A DNA stretch of 64,000 nt from Perkinsus chesapeaki ATCC PRA-425 (GCA_013115145.1 JAAPAO010000027.1:1-64000), one strand, 5' to 3'; positions 23,449 to 36,700 are shown, counted from the stretch's first letter. Program-made: numbers and translations. The notes: a model not told the origin generated them from the sequence alone.

Positions 23449-26400
23449 ATGGACTCCACTCAGCCAGGATCACCAGCCCACCACGACAACCGTATCCGGG
23501 TGTATGTTGAATGCAAAGAAGCTAAAGCGATTAATAAAGACGGCGCTGCAGAGTTCACTCTTGAGCCGTGAGAATACAGGGTGCCTACGATCTTATCTTG
23601 TACACTGCATCTTGTATTTTTAAAATATGTAAAATACTATTTTAAATCTGACAAAGTCATGCGTGAGACGTTGACATTTTCAGCTGTCCCTGTGCTCGCC
23701 AGCATCTACGAGCTTTTGTGTATGTGTGTGAGTTCATAGTAGAACGCCGGAGACGGCATAGAGTATTCCAAAAGCGTTGAAGTACTATCCTGTTGCTTTA
23801 TAGCGTATCTTTGGCTAATGACTCTCAGCCATTGAATTCATCCTATGCTCCTGCCTTCAGTGAGAGGATTCCATTATTTTACTTGACAATAGTGAAGTCT
23901 AAGACTTCAAGTCTTTAGTGTTTCAGAAATTGGTTGTCAGATATACTCGTGTGAGCGACTTTGTAAATGAAGTTAGAAAGCACTTTGGTATGGATGCCAA
24001 GTCAGTTCGAGGGCTGTACTCGGGAGGATACTGGAGGCTGTGCTGGTCAAGTGGATGCACGAAAGACTGGAAAATGGATAGGAAGGGCTGGGTAGGCTGA
24101 TTTCATCAGTCTTCTTAACAATCATGTAGCTTGATATATTTGGGTTAGCCTCATTAAGTTCGCTGTTGTTGTTATTGAAGTATGCCAATACCCTTCAAAA
24201 TCCACAGAGATACGCTGTAGAACATGAACATCATTAAATTACTTCGTATAACAATTCCATAATACCAGAATCAAATAGAGCATATTATATATAAGCTCTG
24301 ATGAGAGACAATTGAATTCGGCAAGATACTTGTCAGGTTAAACACAGCGCTCTCGAAGATGGCGACTGTCTGATGTTGCGCTACGTAAAGTACGGGACTC
24401 CTTTCTATGCAGCAAGTCCTACTGAGGAGTCGACGGAGCAACCCGAGCCTAAGAAACAAAAACTTGAAGAGGAGGAGGAGCCCGAGAATACAGAGCCGAG
24501 TGAGTTTTGAATTCTATCGATTGTGATGGTGCACGTTAAGATGCCAAGTCTAACATACCGAGTGCGAGCTGCCAGAGTGGGCATTCAGAGAAGGAGGCGT
24601 CCGGTAGCAGCAAAGGGGGTTGTGCTGGTGCACAATTCAGATCGTAGGTGCTCCCACTCAATCTGGCGGCCCCTCACTACCGAAGCAGAGCCCACCGGTG
24701 ACTGCACCCCAGAACCAGCCAGTTGACGAGGGTAACGTGCGCAACTGCGTAACTCCACCACCGGTTTTAACCAGCGCTATGCGTGAATATGTAACACTGC
24801 TCTCTCCAAGTCTTGATCGATGACCTTTTGCTTTTAGTTTGAAGCTCTGAGTGTTGTTATTCCAATGCTCAGTAGAGGCGAAATGCCGAGAGCGCTCGAA
24901 ATGATACGAAAGGTCCCCACAAAGAGTGGCATGCCGCAAATACAGCTGAAGCTGTGCGAGGTGGTCGCTCATTGCAGCAGCTCAAGCGTCATCGGAGAAA
25001 GGTCTTTCGATGTGAGTTCATCTCGGCATGGGCTAGGAGGTCAGTCAGATGAAATCGTGCTTGCCGTCCGGAGCAGGGGTATATGGAGATTATAGGATGA
25101 ATATGAAATTTATATTTGAGATTATTATAATATAATTATTATAATATACATGGAGATTATAATAATAGTACACTTATAATTTGTACATTGTTAGTACACT
25201 ATTTGCTAATGTAGCAAATAGCTAACAGTTTTGAAAGTCTATATCGATAAACAATATCATTAATTGGATTATATTATATAACTCAACATTTATCAATTGA
25301 AGATAATAGGTTTCTAATGCGAAGATCATCTCTGTGTTATGGTATAATGATGTTTGCGTTAGGAATTTCCTGTCACCCGATAGGTGACTCCCTTTCAGGA
25401 AATCCTTATGTTCCTAAAGTAAGAAAACTATATTTTCAGAAAATCAATCGCATTCTTTTTTGTCCAACATTCGGTGGCACCCTAGGATTCGCTGGTGAGG
25501 ATTCCTGATTCAGGAGCACGTCTCTGCCAAGAATATCGTGGGCCAGCTGATCGGGCGATATCACACCACTTTCCCCGCAATAATTGAGGCTGCTAGAAGC
25601 TGGCAGTTTACCGTCTTCAAGGAGAGACTAGAAAGTCTCTTGGCTTCCGTTGGGGAGCCCCTATGCCCTGTGCTACCGATGACGCCTATATACCAAATAC
25701 TGAACCGAGGACAAGGTCACTCTGGATGGAGAGCGTCGGCTAAGGTAGGCTACGGCTACTAAATGAAAATATGATCAACATACGAACACTCAGAAACACA
25801 CGTGAGTCACTTAGCGATACTGCTCAACAGTGGTCGCATGGACGGTGTACGGGAAAACATATGCGTGAATTATTATATTGTGGAAATGGCTGTGAAGAGA
25901 CAATCATAATCTTGAAACGGTTGATCGATATGTCGCTAGATTCTAAATGCACGTACTCTATAGAATACACGTATGTGCTGTCTATAGTGTTTTCTCTTCC
26001 CTGATAGATTTGATCTAAAGGTTGACTATACGAACTGAGGCATTCCTAAAGGTTGCTGTAGACTTGCACTTGTCTGTCTTGTGTGAGGGCTTCACGATAA
26101 CCGAATGCCACCGGAGCCGTTTATAACAGTATTTCGCTCGTTTAGAGGATTTGCGAAGTCGTATTGAGAACAAGTGATCGAGGAGAGAATATTGGCCACT
26201 ATTTCGAAGCTAGGGTGAAGGAGGTGATACAGGAACTTGAGGATCCAGAAGACAATCTCAGCCTTAAAGACTACAAACAGTTCAAGGCCAGAATGCAGGT
26301 AGCGATACGGGAAATATGCTCCGCCCTTTGGGCGACACCGGAAGGAATTCTCAATTAGACTTCAACTCCGCGCAGCAATGCGGGTGACGTATGCTCTTTC

Positions 26401-26525
26401 AGCATATCCTATCGGAGCCACCGATCGCTCCAACGGCATTCAGGGGGTATACTGTCGAATGCAGCCGTCATTGCCTGAGCATCTTTGAGGGCCTCTGTGA
26501 AGCTGTGGAGCCGGTCCTGCTATGA
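23449..26525 (+). CDS. UBL family paralog P2 (short form)
   Basis: MDSTQPGSPAHHDNRIRVYVECKE...EFTLEP / YTRVSDFVNEVRKHFG...WRLCW / VKHSALEDGDCLMLRY...PKKQKL, then LKLCEVVAHC and GHSGWRASAK. Last exon HILSEPPIAPTAFRGYTVECSRHCLSIFEGLCEAVEPVLL*. All junctions GT-AG. Confidence 0.78.
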
Positions 26526-26673
26526 GCTTTGGTTAATTTAATTGAACATTCTTTTGATGCATACATTCTTCCTCCGTTCAAGTTGCTCTAGTTGTTGGAG
26601 GTTAGTTGAATAATAACCGATTTCCAAGCACTTTCTGTTTGGTTCACCGCGGTCAGAATGGAACTCAAATTGA

Positions 26674-26778
26674 GCTGTTCCTGTGGTAGACCCAGCTCTG
26701 GTCGGAGTGCTGTTCCTGTGGTAGACCCAGCTCTGGTCGGAGTGCTGTTCCTGTGGTAGACCCAGCTCTGGTCGGAGT
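26674..26778. repeat. Perfect 35-bp tandem repeat x3 (GCTGTTCCTGTGGTAGACCCAGCTCTGGTCGGAGT)
   Basis: Three identical adjacent units with no spacers, about 150 nt downstream of the P2 stop. Confidence 0.95.
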
Positions 26779-27344
26779 GGCACCAGAGATCCAATGGATC
26801 CTCACGTTTCCGTGAGTCACGGAAATATGTCTATCGAGGGCCCGCAATATTGGGATATCGCAGAACGTTTGAGAGCGATGAGATATCGAATGGGTCACTG
26901 CCGCTAGGACCATCTAATATTCCTCAATGGCTCTTTGAGCGGGACGGTAGTCAACTACAGTTTTCCAGCACCTATTTGAAACATTGTAACTTCAATCTGG
27001 ACAAGCGAACGGAATTAAAGATATGATTCTTGTTTGGTGAAGAATCCTAACTTAGTTGAACTTCAAAATTTCGAGTGCAACCCAATATGAGAGGCGTAGA
27101 AGGAAATATTATAGTCATGCAAGTGGTCCATGGGAGGTGGAAGAAGTTGACTAAGCGAAAACCTTGAGCTATTAGTATGTCGTCAGCTTGTTAATAGCAT
27201 ATCAGCTATATAGGAAACATAACAATATATAGGATAACAGTATAGCCTGTTTATTAGCAATTGTTATCAATCGTATTTTTACTCTGGAGAGACGAAGCTA
27301 TTACGGTTATTGAAGCCTGTTGGCATTTCCATATGTCCTGAGCC

Positions 27345-30052
27345 ATGGAGTCCACTCAGCCAGGATCCCCAGCCCCCCGCGATAACCGTATCCGGGTGTA
27401 TGTTGAATGCAAAGAAGATGTAGCTATTAATAAAGACGGCGCTGCAGAGTTCACTGTTGAACCGTGAGTTAGGGATGCTCCGCACTGCAGGAATCTATGC
27501 ACGCTCTCGCCTACGCACCAAGCAAGTGCAATGGAAGCATTGGGAGTTTGAACTATCTCTAGCTACGGCGTGGAGCGACTGGTTGCCGCCCATAGCACAA
27601 CTGCCATCACAGTAATTTCTGGTGAATCGGGAATTTACCGTCGGCGAGTGTTTGGAACTCGTAACCGTGGTCTTTACCTTTTTTCGCCTTGTCCTTCACT
27701 GCAGGGTGCTGGATGAGTTGAATGTCAGATACGATCGTGTGAACGACCTTTTACTGGAAGTCAGAAAGCACTTCGGTATGGATGCTAAATCAATCCGAGG
27801 TCTGTACTCTGGCGGATTGTGGAGGCTGAGCTGGTCTAGTGGATTCACGAAAGATTGGAACATAGAGAGGACGGGATGGGTGAGCAAAGTGAGGGCTGCA
27901 GCTATGAACGGCTTGAGAATATTGTCTACCATAAAACAGTATGAAATATTTTCGATATAATAACAACAACACTGAAGGCGTTCAATTCTAGTAATAGGCA
28001 TGGTGATCCTGCAATAAGTGCGCACCCCCTTTAAGTTCATGGTTCATAAGAGCTTCCGAGTGGAAGAGTAACCATTCGGAAGGCCACGCTTAGAGCTTCC
28101 CAATTGTATCGATTTTACCCTGTTGGGGGCGGGTTAGCGGGTAGTGACTACTAATATTTTTATATTACTGTATTGGTAAGATGTCATGTACCATATCCTC
28201 AGGTCAAACACAGCTCCTTGAAGGACGGCGATTGTCTGATGCTGCGATACGTCAAGTACGGGACGGATAGTTATCCGATGCATGACCGCGAGGAGCGGGT
28301 AGAACTCGAGCCTAAGAGACTGAAAGTGCGAGAGGCGGGATCTGGGAATGCAGAGTCAAGTGAGTTGTGAATTTTAGCAAGTGTGATTGTCCGCATTAAG
28401 GTCCCACGTCCGCCATCTCGAGGGAGAGCTGCCAGGGTAAGCAAGAGAATGGGGGTGTCTCATAGCAACACCATGTAGTTGTGTTCTTTACAATTCTTCA
28501 CGTAGGTGCTTCAACTCAATCTGGCGGCCTCTCCCCCCACCGCAGCCCACCAATGACTGCAGCCCAGAATCGGACAGTTGATCAAGGCGGCATGCACAAT
28601 AACATAGGCCCACCTGTCAACGGAGCTATGCGGGATTATGTCAGGCCGCTAGTGAGAGGCCTTCCATCGGGAAGCTTGTGTTCTTAGTGTACAGCTCTGA
28701 ATGCTGCCATCCCAATACTCGATACTGGGGATATGTCGAGAGCTCTCGAAATGCTACAGAATGTCCCCACTGGACGTGACATGCCGAAGATTCAACTGAA
28801 GCTCTGCCAGGTTGTCGCTCATTGTGGAAGCGTCAAATCCTTGACGTTTTATAATGTGGGTCCTTTGCTTTCAGCCAGAAGAATTTTAACTGTATCTCCT
28901 ATCAGGAGAACATCTCTGCTAAGAGTATCGTGGACCAGCTCATCGGCCAATATCACACCACTTTCCCCGCAATAATCGAGGCTGCTAGAAACTACCAGTT
29001 CGGAGTCTTCAAGGATCGATTGGGAAGTCTGTTGGCTTCTGTCGGGGAGCCCCTATGCCCCGAGCTGCCGATGGAAGCTATAGACAAAGTACTGCGCCTA
29101 GGGCGAGGTCATGCTGGATGGCGAGCATCGGCCAAGGTAAGCTCACCTAGGGGCTCCTGATGACAATATGATAGATGGACCCGTGTATACAGCTATACTG
29201 AGGATTCATGTCTTTGCAACTGCACAACAGTAATCGTTTTTATCGTGAGTCCTCGAGTGTTGTACTTCTTCTCGTGCAGCACCTCTTCGACCAGGCCGAT
29301 GATTATAGCCAATATAGGGGTATCGCTGTGGTAGCGGGTTCAGATAGTTGTCATAACCTCCTGAGCCCTGGTAAAATTTCAAGTATACGTGCTACCACGA
29401 GTAATAGGTGGTAAGGCCTCCAGCGTCTTTCCAGCTGCGTGTAATGGTATCTTAATCTATGATATAGTACCAATATAATAGTAGTTTATCAAGTGTTATG
29501 TAACTTCCTTAATTCTAAAATAGATACTTCATACAAATTGAGACCCTAGTACGCTTTGAATTTCATAGCGCATCTCAATTTGTCTCAATAGGGTCTCAAT
29601 TTGTCCGACTATCTATGACTCATAGACTATGAGATCTAGCCTTACGCTCGGTTATGCCTGTGTTGACGGATGAGAATGATATATCGGCTTGTCAGAGGAT
29701 TTGTGAGATAGTAATGAGAGCAAGCGATCGAGGTGAGAAGATAGGTCATCATTATGAAGGGAGGCTGAAGGAATTAATGCACGAGCTTGACGATACAGAG
29801 ACCTATCACACTCCGAGGACCTTCAAGGATTTCAAGACCAGAATGCAGGTAGCCTTCCAGTTCGAAACGGTCTCAAGTTGAGGACGGGATGCCTTGAGCT
29901 TCGTGTAGCAACGGCACGCGTTATTTCAGAATATCCTATCGCGGCGACCGATGGCCCCGACGGCATTCAGCGAGTACACCGTTGAGTGTAGCCGTCGTTG
30001 CCAGCGAGTCTTCCTGGACCTTTGTGAAGCTGTTGAACCAGCATTGCTGTGA
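27345..30052 (+). CDS. UBL family paralog P3 (short form; closest to P2)
   Basis: First exon is the same length as in P2 (119 nt) and highly similar. YDRVNDLLLEVRKHFG, VKHSSLKDGDCLMLRY...PKRLK, LKLCQVVAHC, GHAGWRASAK; last exon ...VECSRRCQRVFLDLCEAVEPALL*. Confidence 0.78.
29533..29604. repeat. 16-bp perfect inverted repeat (ACAAATTGAGACCCTA ... TAGGGTCTCAATTTGT) with 40-nt spacer, inside a P3 intron
   Basis: Arms at 29533-29548 and 29589-29604 are exact reverse complements. Confidence 0.85.
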
Positions 30053-30560
30053 TCGCTGCCAGCGCTGCGCTGATGACTCTAATTCTTTCAATTTTTTTGA
30101 TGGTACATTCTCCCTCCTTTCGACTTTCTCAGTTTAACAGTTGTTGGAGGCTAGTTGATTAATAATCTTTTTCTGCTAACTTCGTGTTTGGTTAACTATG
30201 GCTGGTAGCACAGTCGTTTACAATTGCTATCCCAGCGAAGTTTCACGTTCAAAGATTGGCGCTCGACGCTCATTTATCTGTTGAAGGCTTCCACTTTAAA
30301 TATTTTCCTCTGTGTGTTGAATGTGACTAAAGTGTTTGATAGTTTCGGTTGTGTCGAGACATCCGGTGGGCCTTCCTACTCGGGCGCGGTAGTGTTCCTA
30401 CCAAAAGGCTGCGTTAAAAATAACTTACTCTCCAGCAGTTGAAGTTCAACTTGATTTGGGCTGGAAGACAGAACAAGCGCGAGAAATTTTTATCAACAAT
30501 GCACGAGCAAATGCGAGGTACCTTATTTCTGTTATTTCAGTGTAGTTAGTCTCGAGTAGC

Positions 30561-33526
30561 ATGCAGCAGCCCAGTAGTACTGCCGGTGACTTCATATCTA
30601 TTTTCATTAATTGTGATGAAGAGTATGCAATCAGATGCGCTGGGGCTAAAGAGTTCAGTGTCGACCCGTAAGGCCCTGGTGCCTGTTGGCTTCGGCTAAC
30701 GTGGATCGCTCTGTCTTTCTCTCTCCTTAACGTTTATTGTCGGCATAGATAGTGGAAAAGAGTGACTAAAGCGACAACTAGAGTATCTCCCGGTCAGCAT
30801 GTTCCGGACTTGCGCACTCCTATGCCTGACGACTGGCATAGGCGCGTCAACTGAAAACATAAGAAGGTTCCATCGACCTTTACACCGTGATAAGCATTTA
30901 ATTATCTGCGATGCAACCAGAATCACTTTGCCGCGGCTCTTGCCGTTCTCGAACCTGTTCGCACTTCACCGTCTGATAGTAGCGCCTCCCCTGGTTGCCT
31001 CGATGGTATATTTCCTATATTCAGGAGAGCTCGTCCATGCAGTCTGATAACCTCCGCTAGACGCTTCTTCGGCGTGGACAGCAAGTCGGTGACAGGGTGC
31101 TATCCCAAAGGGGACTGGAGGCTTACTTGGACCGAGGGAGAGAAGAAAAATAGGGACCTGTCAAAACGGTCTTCCAGTGTAGGCTGTGATTCACATCGGG
31201 GACTTTTGTATATTCCATTGTACTCCATGGCATGAACCACACCCTTCATATTTTCACTCCATTTCATCAGTTGTCTTTGGTAGCACTTCTCATGGCTAGA
31301 GGTGTCAGAATACCTCGTGTATATTTCAAGTTGGCAGTTTTATGCGTTATGCTATCGGTGTACCCAAAATATTATTGGTTGAACACTTAGGTTCATGCAG
31401 CCGGACTGGAGAGCCAAGACACCCTGTCGTTGCGCTTCGTCAGGAAGGAAGTGTTCCCTATCCTCGCCAGAACTCTCTCGAACGCCTCTACCGCAGCCAG
31501 CCAATCTTCGGCGAGCTCCGGCGAACCACAGGCCAAAAAAATGAGAACCGAGAAGCCTGAGGGAGAAACCGCCGCCGGATCTGAAGCTAACCAAGGTACA
31601 CTGAAAACGTTCTTGTTACTGATGGCCTCGCCGCTGCTAGGGGCATCTTCGAGCGCCGCGAGTACTGCCAGCACGGAGATTATTAAGGGGGAAGTGAAGG
31701 CAGAAGGCTGTGGTGAACAGGAGACGGCCAGGGTTGTTGGAAGTGAGGGGCAAGGGGAAGCATAGAGGAACCTGATGTCACTATAGGTTCCCTGTGAAAA
31801 TGTCCTTGGTTTTTACTCCTTTACTAGGCATACACTTCGGTGTGATTTCTGTTCCGCATACACACCTGAAACGCTTCTCGGACTCCTAAACTCGATCGTT
31901 CGTAATCGTTGGTCTTGCATTTCAGCCATGGAGAGAAAAAGTGAAATGACGGAAGACAGGGGGACATCGGAGACTGTGGCGGCTGAGAAGAGCACCGCTA
32001 CAATAGTGCATAACTCTGATGCTGCTTCAAACGGAGGAAGCGCTATACCGGGGAATGCAGACGAGGGAGGAAGCACGGAGGCAACGTCCAGCTGTGGAGG
32101 GTCCTCAGGGTGTGGCTGCCACAGCGCCGTGGAAGAGGGTTACGGCAGACAGCGGGATTTCAGCGAAAGGAGGAGAATGAACGTCGGCAACTTGGGATTT
32201 GTAGGCCTTTCTCCCACAGTTTTCTGAGGCAAAGTCCTTCAGGATCTCGCCAACAGCTTGGGAGTAGTTGCCCTTTTTGAAGGCCGTATCTCCGACGCTG
32301 TGAGGCTTTTGGATAGGGCGGCTAAGCTGGCATACCCCAAAGCGATTGAGCCCAAGCTGTGCGCTATTGTGGCTCACTGTGGAGGGGTTACCGACATGCA
32401 GCCTTTCGAGGTGGTTGGCAGCTCCGAAGTGTTTCCTAACGAGAGTGCATCATCATCTCAGACGAGCGCGCAAGCGAAAGTTCTGGTGGCCGAAATGGTT
32501 CGTGAACACGGCGAAAGATTCGAGCAGGTTGTCGACGCTGCAAGGAACGGCGAAATTGCGATCTTCCGAGCACTCCTCCATAGTCTCCAGGCATCCGCCG
32601 GGGAACAACCGCTCGTCGAAAAGTTGATAAAACCGGCGTACACAGCTATGGGAGCTGGAAGAAGTCGAGTTGGTTGGAGGGCCTCCGCCAAGGTAAACTT
32701 GACTTGGTCGTTTTTTTACCTGTGCGAGTCGCTCTTGTGGTTCATATTGGGAACCTTCGTGCGACCTTCGCTGCCACAGGCCGCCCTTGATGAGCGCTTT
32801 CCCAAATCATCTTTATACAGGGCGAATATCTCGGCGGCTCGTCGAAAAATATTCTACAACGCTTTTCTGTGGTCACACACTGTCTGTTGTCGTAGCTTAA
32901 TCGTTCGGAGAGAATTTCGTTGAGGAGTCCAGTTATCTGAGACAGAAACATACTGAAAGCATTTTAGCAATAACCTCTTGAAACTCAACTGGAAAGCGGG
33001 CAGGCAGCGAAGGCCTCGGGTGAACATACTCGGTCCGAGTTTCAGAGCGGTCGGGCCAGGGCGATTGAAACATGCTTTGTTTGATTTCAGACGATCTGCA
33101 ATATCATCATCAACGCGTCTGATGGAGGTATGTTGATCGGGCGGCCTTTCGAGGCCTCGATAAAGGCTATGACGCAATCGTTGGAGAATCCCGATGATCA
33201 CGAGTTCCCTCGGAGTTTTGCAGATTTTAAAGACAAGATGAAGGCAAGTCCTGATTATGTCCACACGCGTTTGCCACCTCATCACTATATATATTATTTC
33301 CGTGCCACCTCATCACATTTATATATTATTTTTATCACCTCAATAAATCAATATACGCCTCCCATATCCCACAATGTGATTCAAATTCGCTTCTTCCCTT
33401 CAGAGGATCCTATCCATCCCTCCGACCTGTCCACCGTCCTTCGGTGAGCTATCAGTTGAATGCAGTCGACGTTGCCGGACGCGCTTCGATGAGTTATGCT
33501 CGATTCTAGAGCCCATGCTTTCTTGA
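30561..33526 (+). CDS. UBL family paralog P4 (short form; last intron probably GC-AG)
   Basis: MQQPSSTAGDFISIFINCDEE...EFSVDP / RARPCSLITSARRFFG...DWRLTW / VHAAGLESQDTLSLRF...AKKMR, then PKLCAIVAHCGG and RVGWRASAK. Last exon RILSIPP...VECSRRCRTRFDELCSILEPMLS*. Confidence 0.75.
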
Positions 33527-33716
33527 TTACAAGTTATTGAAATCTCCAATTAGCTGCACCTTGTGTCGACGGCTCCCCCCCGTGGTGATTGCTGGTCACT
33601 CGAGTGGCCCGGCAGGCTTATAGCCCATGCGGCGATGGTGGCCAGATTCATATCAACTTTTCCTCACATTTCGTGTCTTTGCGTGCCACCTTGAGACCAC
33701 ACCTATAGAAGTTGAG

Positions 33717-36700
33717 ATGGCAAGATTTTCCCTTCCCACCGAATACTGCGCGTCTCCTGGGGAGCGCGTCATGATGGAGCCCCTCCGAGTCATCGTGCAC
33801 TGCGACGACCCTCGGGCGAGATTCAGTGCTGCAAAGCTCAGGGCTATGCCGTAAGCTTCAGCACCTAACTGCCGCGGGGCCGCATGCTTTTTTCAGGGAC
33901 AAGACTTGCCAGACGTTTCTGCACCAAACATGCGATCACTTTGGGCTGTGGGAACCTCATCTGTGGAAGCTTGTGTGGAAGAAAGGACCGATGAAAGGGA
34001 GAGAAGTCTCCAATGGACATGACTCTGTAAGTAACTGGGTGCTAGCGTCCCCGGAAATAATAGGGTTTTAGGAAGATTCTATGCGCCTTATTGTTGGATG
34101 AAGGATATAGCAAAGGTACGGATCAACATTAGATACTCCGGCATGTATAGTCCGAGGAGTGAATGCTGTGTACGTGAATATCTAACACGTGTTGTAGAAG
34201 GCACTCACCTTGCGTTTTTCGACGCTAATAAGCTCCTGATAAAAATATCTCCTCACTGAGAGCATCTTCTCTATCGAATCTCTTCATTTCCGCACTGGCA
34301 ACGCTTTTCTATGGAAATTTTTCGGGATACAACTCCGCTCTTCCGCGAAATGCGACATGCTTGTGGTCTTGCGTTCGTCCAGCTCTCTGGTGTTCAGATT
34401 GAAGCCGTCGGAATCCATCACGACGATACTCTCAGCCTCGTGCCCTCCAGCAGTGGTACAAAACGTAAAGCCGATGAGGTTACCCGTGGGGGTCCGAGAC
34501 GACGCTCCTCGTTGGACTGCTGGGATGATGAAAATGACTCAGCTCAAATGGTGAAGAGCTCGGCCAGTCTAACAGCTGGTGAGCCAGACTTCAACCTCCG
34601 GCAACTCCAAAAACCTGGATTAACTTCCAATGCTTAGCAACTGACAAGAAACCCAAAAATTTGAATAATTCGGGCCGAATTAGTGTGGTGTGATTAGTGC
34701 AAGACTTGGACTGCAAGTATGGTCGCTAATGAATAAATATTCGCGGATAAGAATAGCAATCAGTCTCATATATCCGATTTGGACTTTGTATACCTCTGCT
34801 GATCCCTAGTAGTGGTATGAGATCGATACGGATCACTGTCACTCTAACTATCTCTGTTACTGTCAGTTTTCTGGCCCATAATGCATATCACGCTTGGAAT
34901 TTCTAGATTCTAGCTTATAGTGTCAGCTGTCAACTTCTCGCACGTTACGAAAGGCGGAACAGTGACCGATTCCAGAAGTCTCAGCTCGTTTCAGATATCC
35001 AAAAAGCCTTGCAAGATTCTAAGGACGCTTTCGGTGCTTTGAAGTATATAGAAGCTGTCGGACACTGCCGTAGAGCACTAGAGCTTCTGGAGAAGTCTGA
35101 TGAGAAGCGTCACGAAGTTATATATGACACTCGGTGAGCATGTTAGATTCGCCAAGAGGAAGTGCATGAATGTATACGTATATAAATGCCGAATTTCGGC
35201 GCTTCGCTGTCTGTGACAGGAATTTCTGGAAATTTTATTGTATTTTGTGATACTGTGCATACAGCACGATATCACGTAGCTATACGTACGGTTGGGGAGG
35301 TGTAAGTTCGTTCCATCTTAACAATGATACACCATCTCGGTGAGCATATGTCGCATATGGAGTTCCTCATTTGAGCTAGTTGTTACCAGTCCGTCTTGTT
35401 GGATGTCTTCGACCGCTGTGCGGTTGATATTTAGAGTTTTATTCGTCATATCTACATGTACTGTGCTCGCTATTCAGTGGCAATTCCCATATTTCCTTCA
35501 AATAGCATCCCTTCCTGATTCCAAAGGGATTCCAGAGACTGATTGGAGGCATCCTTTTATCGGATCAGCCAACATATCAGTTCTCCTAGGTACAACCTCA
35601 TATGCTTCCTTCTGGAGCTGCAGTGGTATTCTGATGCAGCCAAGGAGGCCGATCTTAATGTTGCTATGTGCTCTATGAAGGGTCCTTTGAAGGGATTGCC
35701 AAGTCCAAGGGCTGAAGTAAGAGGGTCTCGGCTTCGGTATTTGGGACCGATTTTCCGGAGGGCTGTGATGCTTCCGACACAACTGGCTGGACTCGTATGG
35801 AGCGAACATTTTTCTCAAAGAACTATGTGTAGTTCGCGCTCTCGTGGGGAATGTGAAGAATTTCAGGCTGAAACCTGAACAATAATTCATCGCATGGACT
35901 TGTTCAATGCTACCGTAAGCCTTGTAAATATTTACTCCGGAGATTAGCCAGCTCGGAGGGGTTGAGTTGCGGTATCGTTTCAAGCAATTCCGTTCATATT
36001 TTGGACTACCGGAATCACATCTATCAATTTTTTGATCTATCTTTTACCGAGCCCATCAAGAGGCTATCGTGGAGGCATCGTTCTTTCCAGGAGGCCAACT
36101 GCATCCGAGGCGAGATCTACCTGCTGCAAGGGCTCACTGTGGAGGCCATCAAACATTACAAAGAAGTTCTCGCTAACTACGGCATCACCACAACATCACC
36201 ACCAGAGGGGGCTAGATTAGGCCTCATCATTGCGCTCTGTGGAGGGCTTCAGCCCACAGCTACAGTGGAGGTGAGGGGGATGAGTTCAATGGTGCAGCGC
36301 GCAGTGCTCTTCTCGGTCTTCTATGTGTTTCAAATCCCCTCTGAAGGATTGCATCATAGGAGATTTTTTGCAAAGCATACTATTGCTTGATATTATTGTC
36401 ATCACTACATGCTAGTACTGATAGGATAACATGCTCTTTGGGAAACTCCCTACGACATTTGTACACCACAGTTGTCGAGAAGCCACTGACTGGGACATTC
36501 TCGCGCAGAGGGTGGCCTCCCTGCGTTCCGCTGTCTCTTTCGCTGAATACTCTGTCTTATGTCGTTTCCTTTGTCCTCTTAGACCTGTCCCGAGGCGAAG
36601 GCCCAAGTTGACGCTCTCAGCCGGGAAAGACGTCACTTCTCTGATGTGGTTAACTCTGCGAGATGCTCCGACGAGACCATGTTTAATTCGAACCTTGGTC

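Noticed and set aside
26674-26778. 35-bp repeat considered as a CRISPR array
   Set aside because: Units are directly adjacent with no spacers, there are no cas genes, and the context is eukaryotic.
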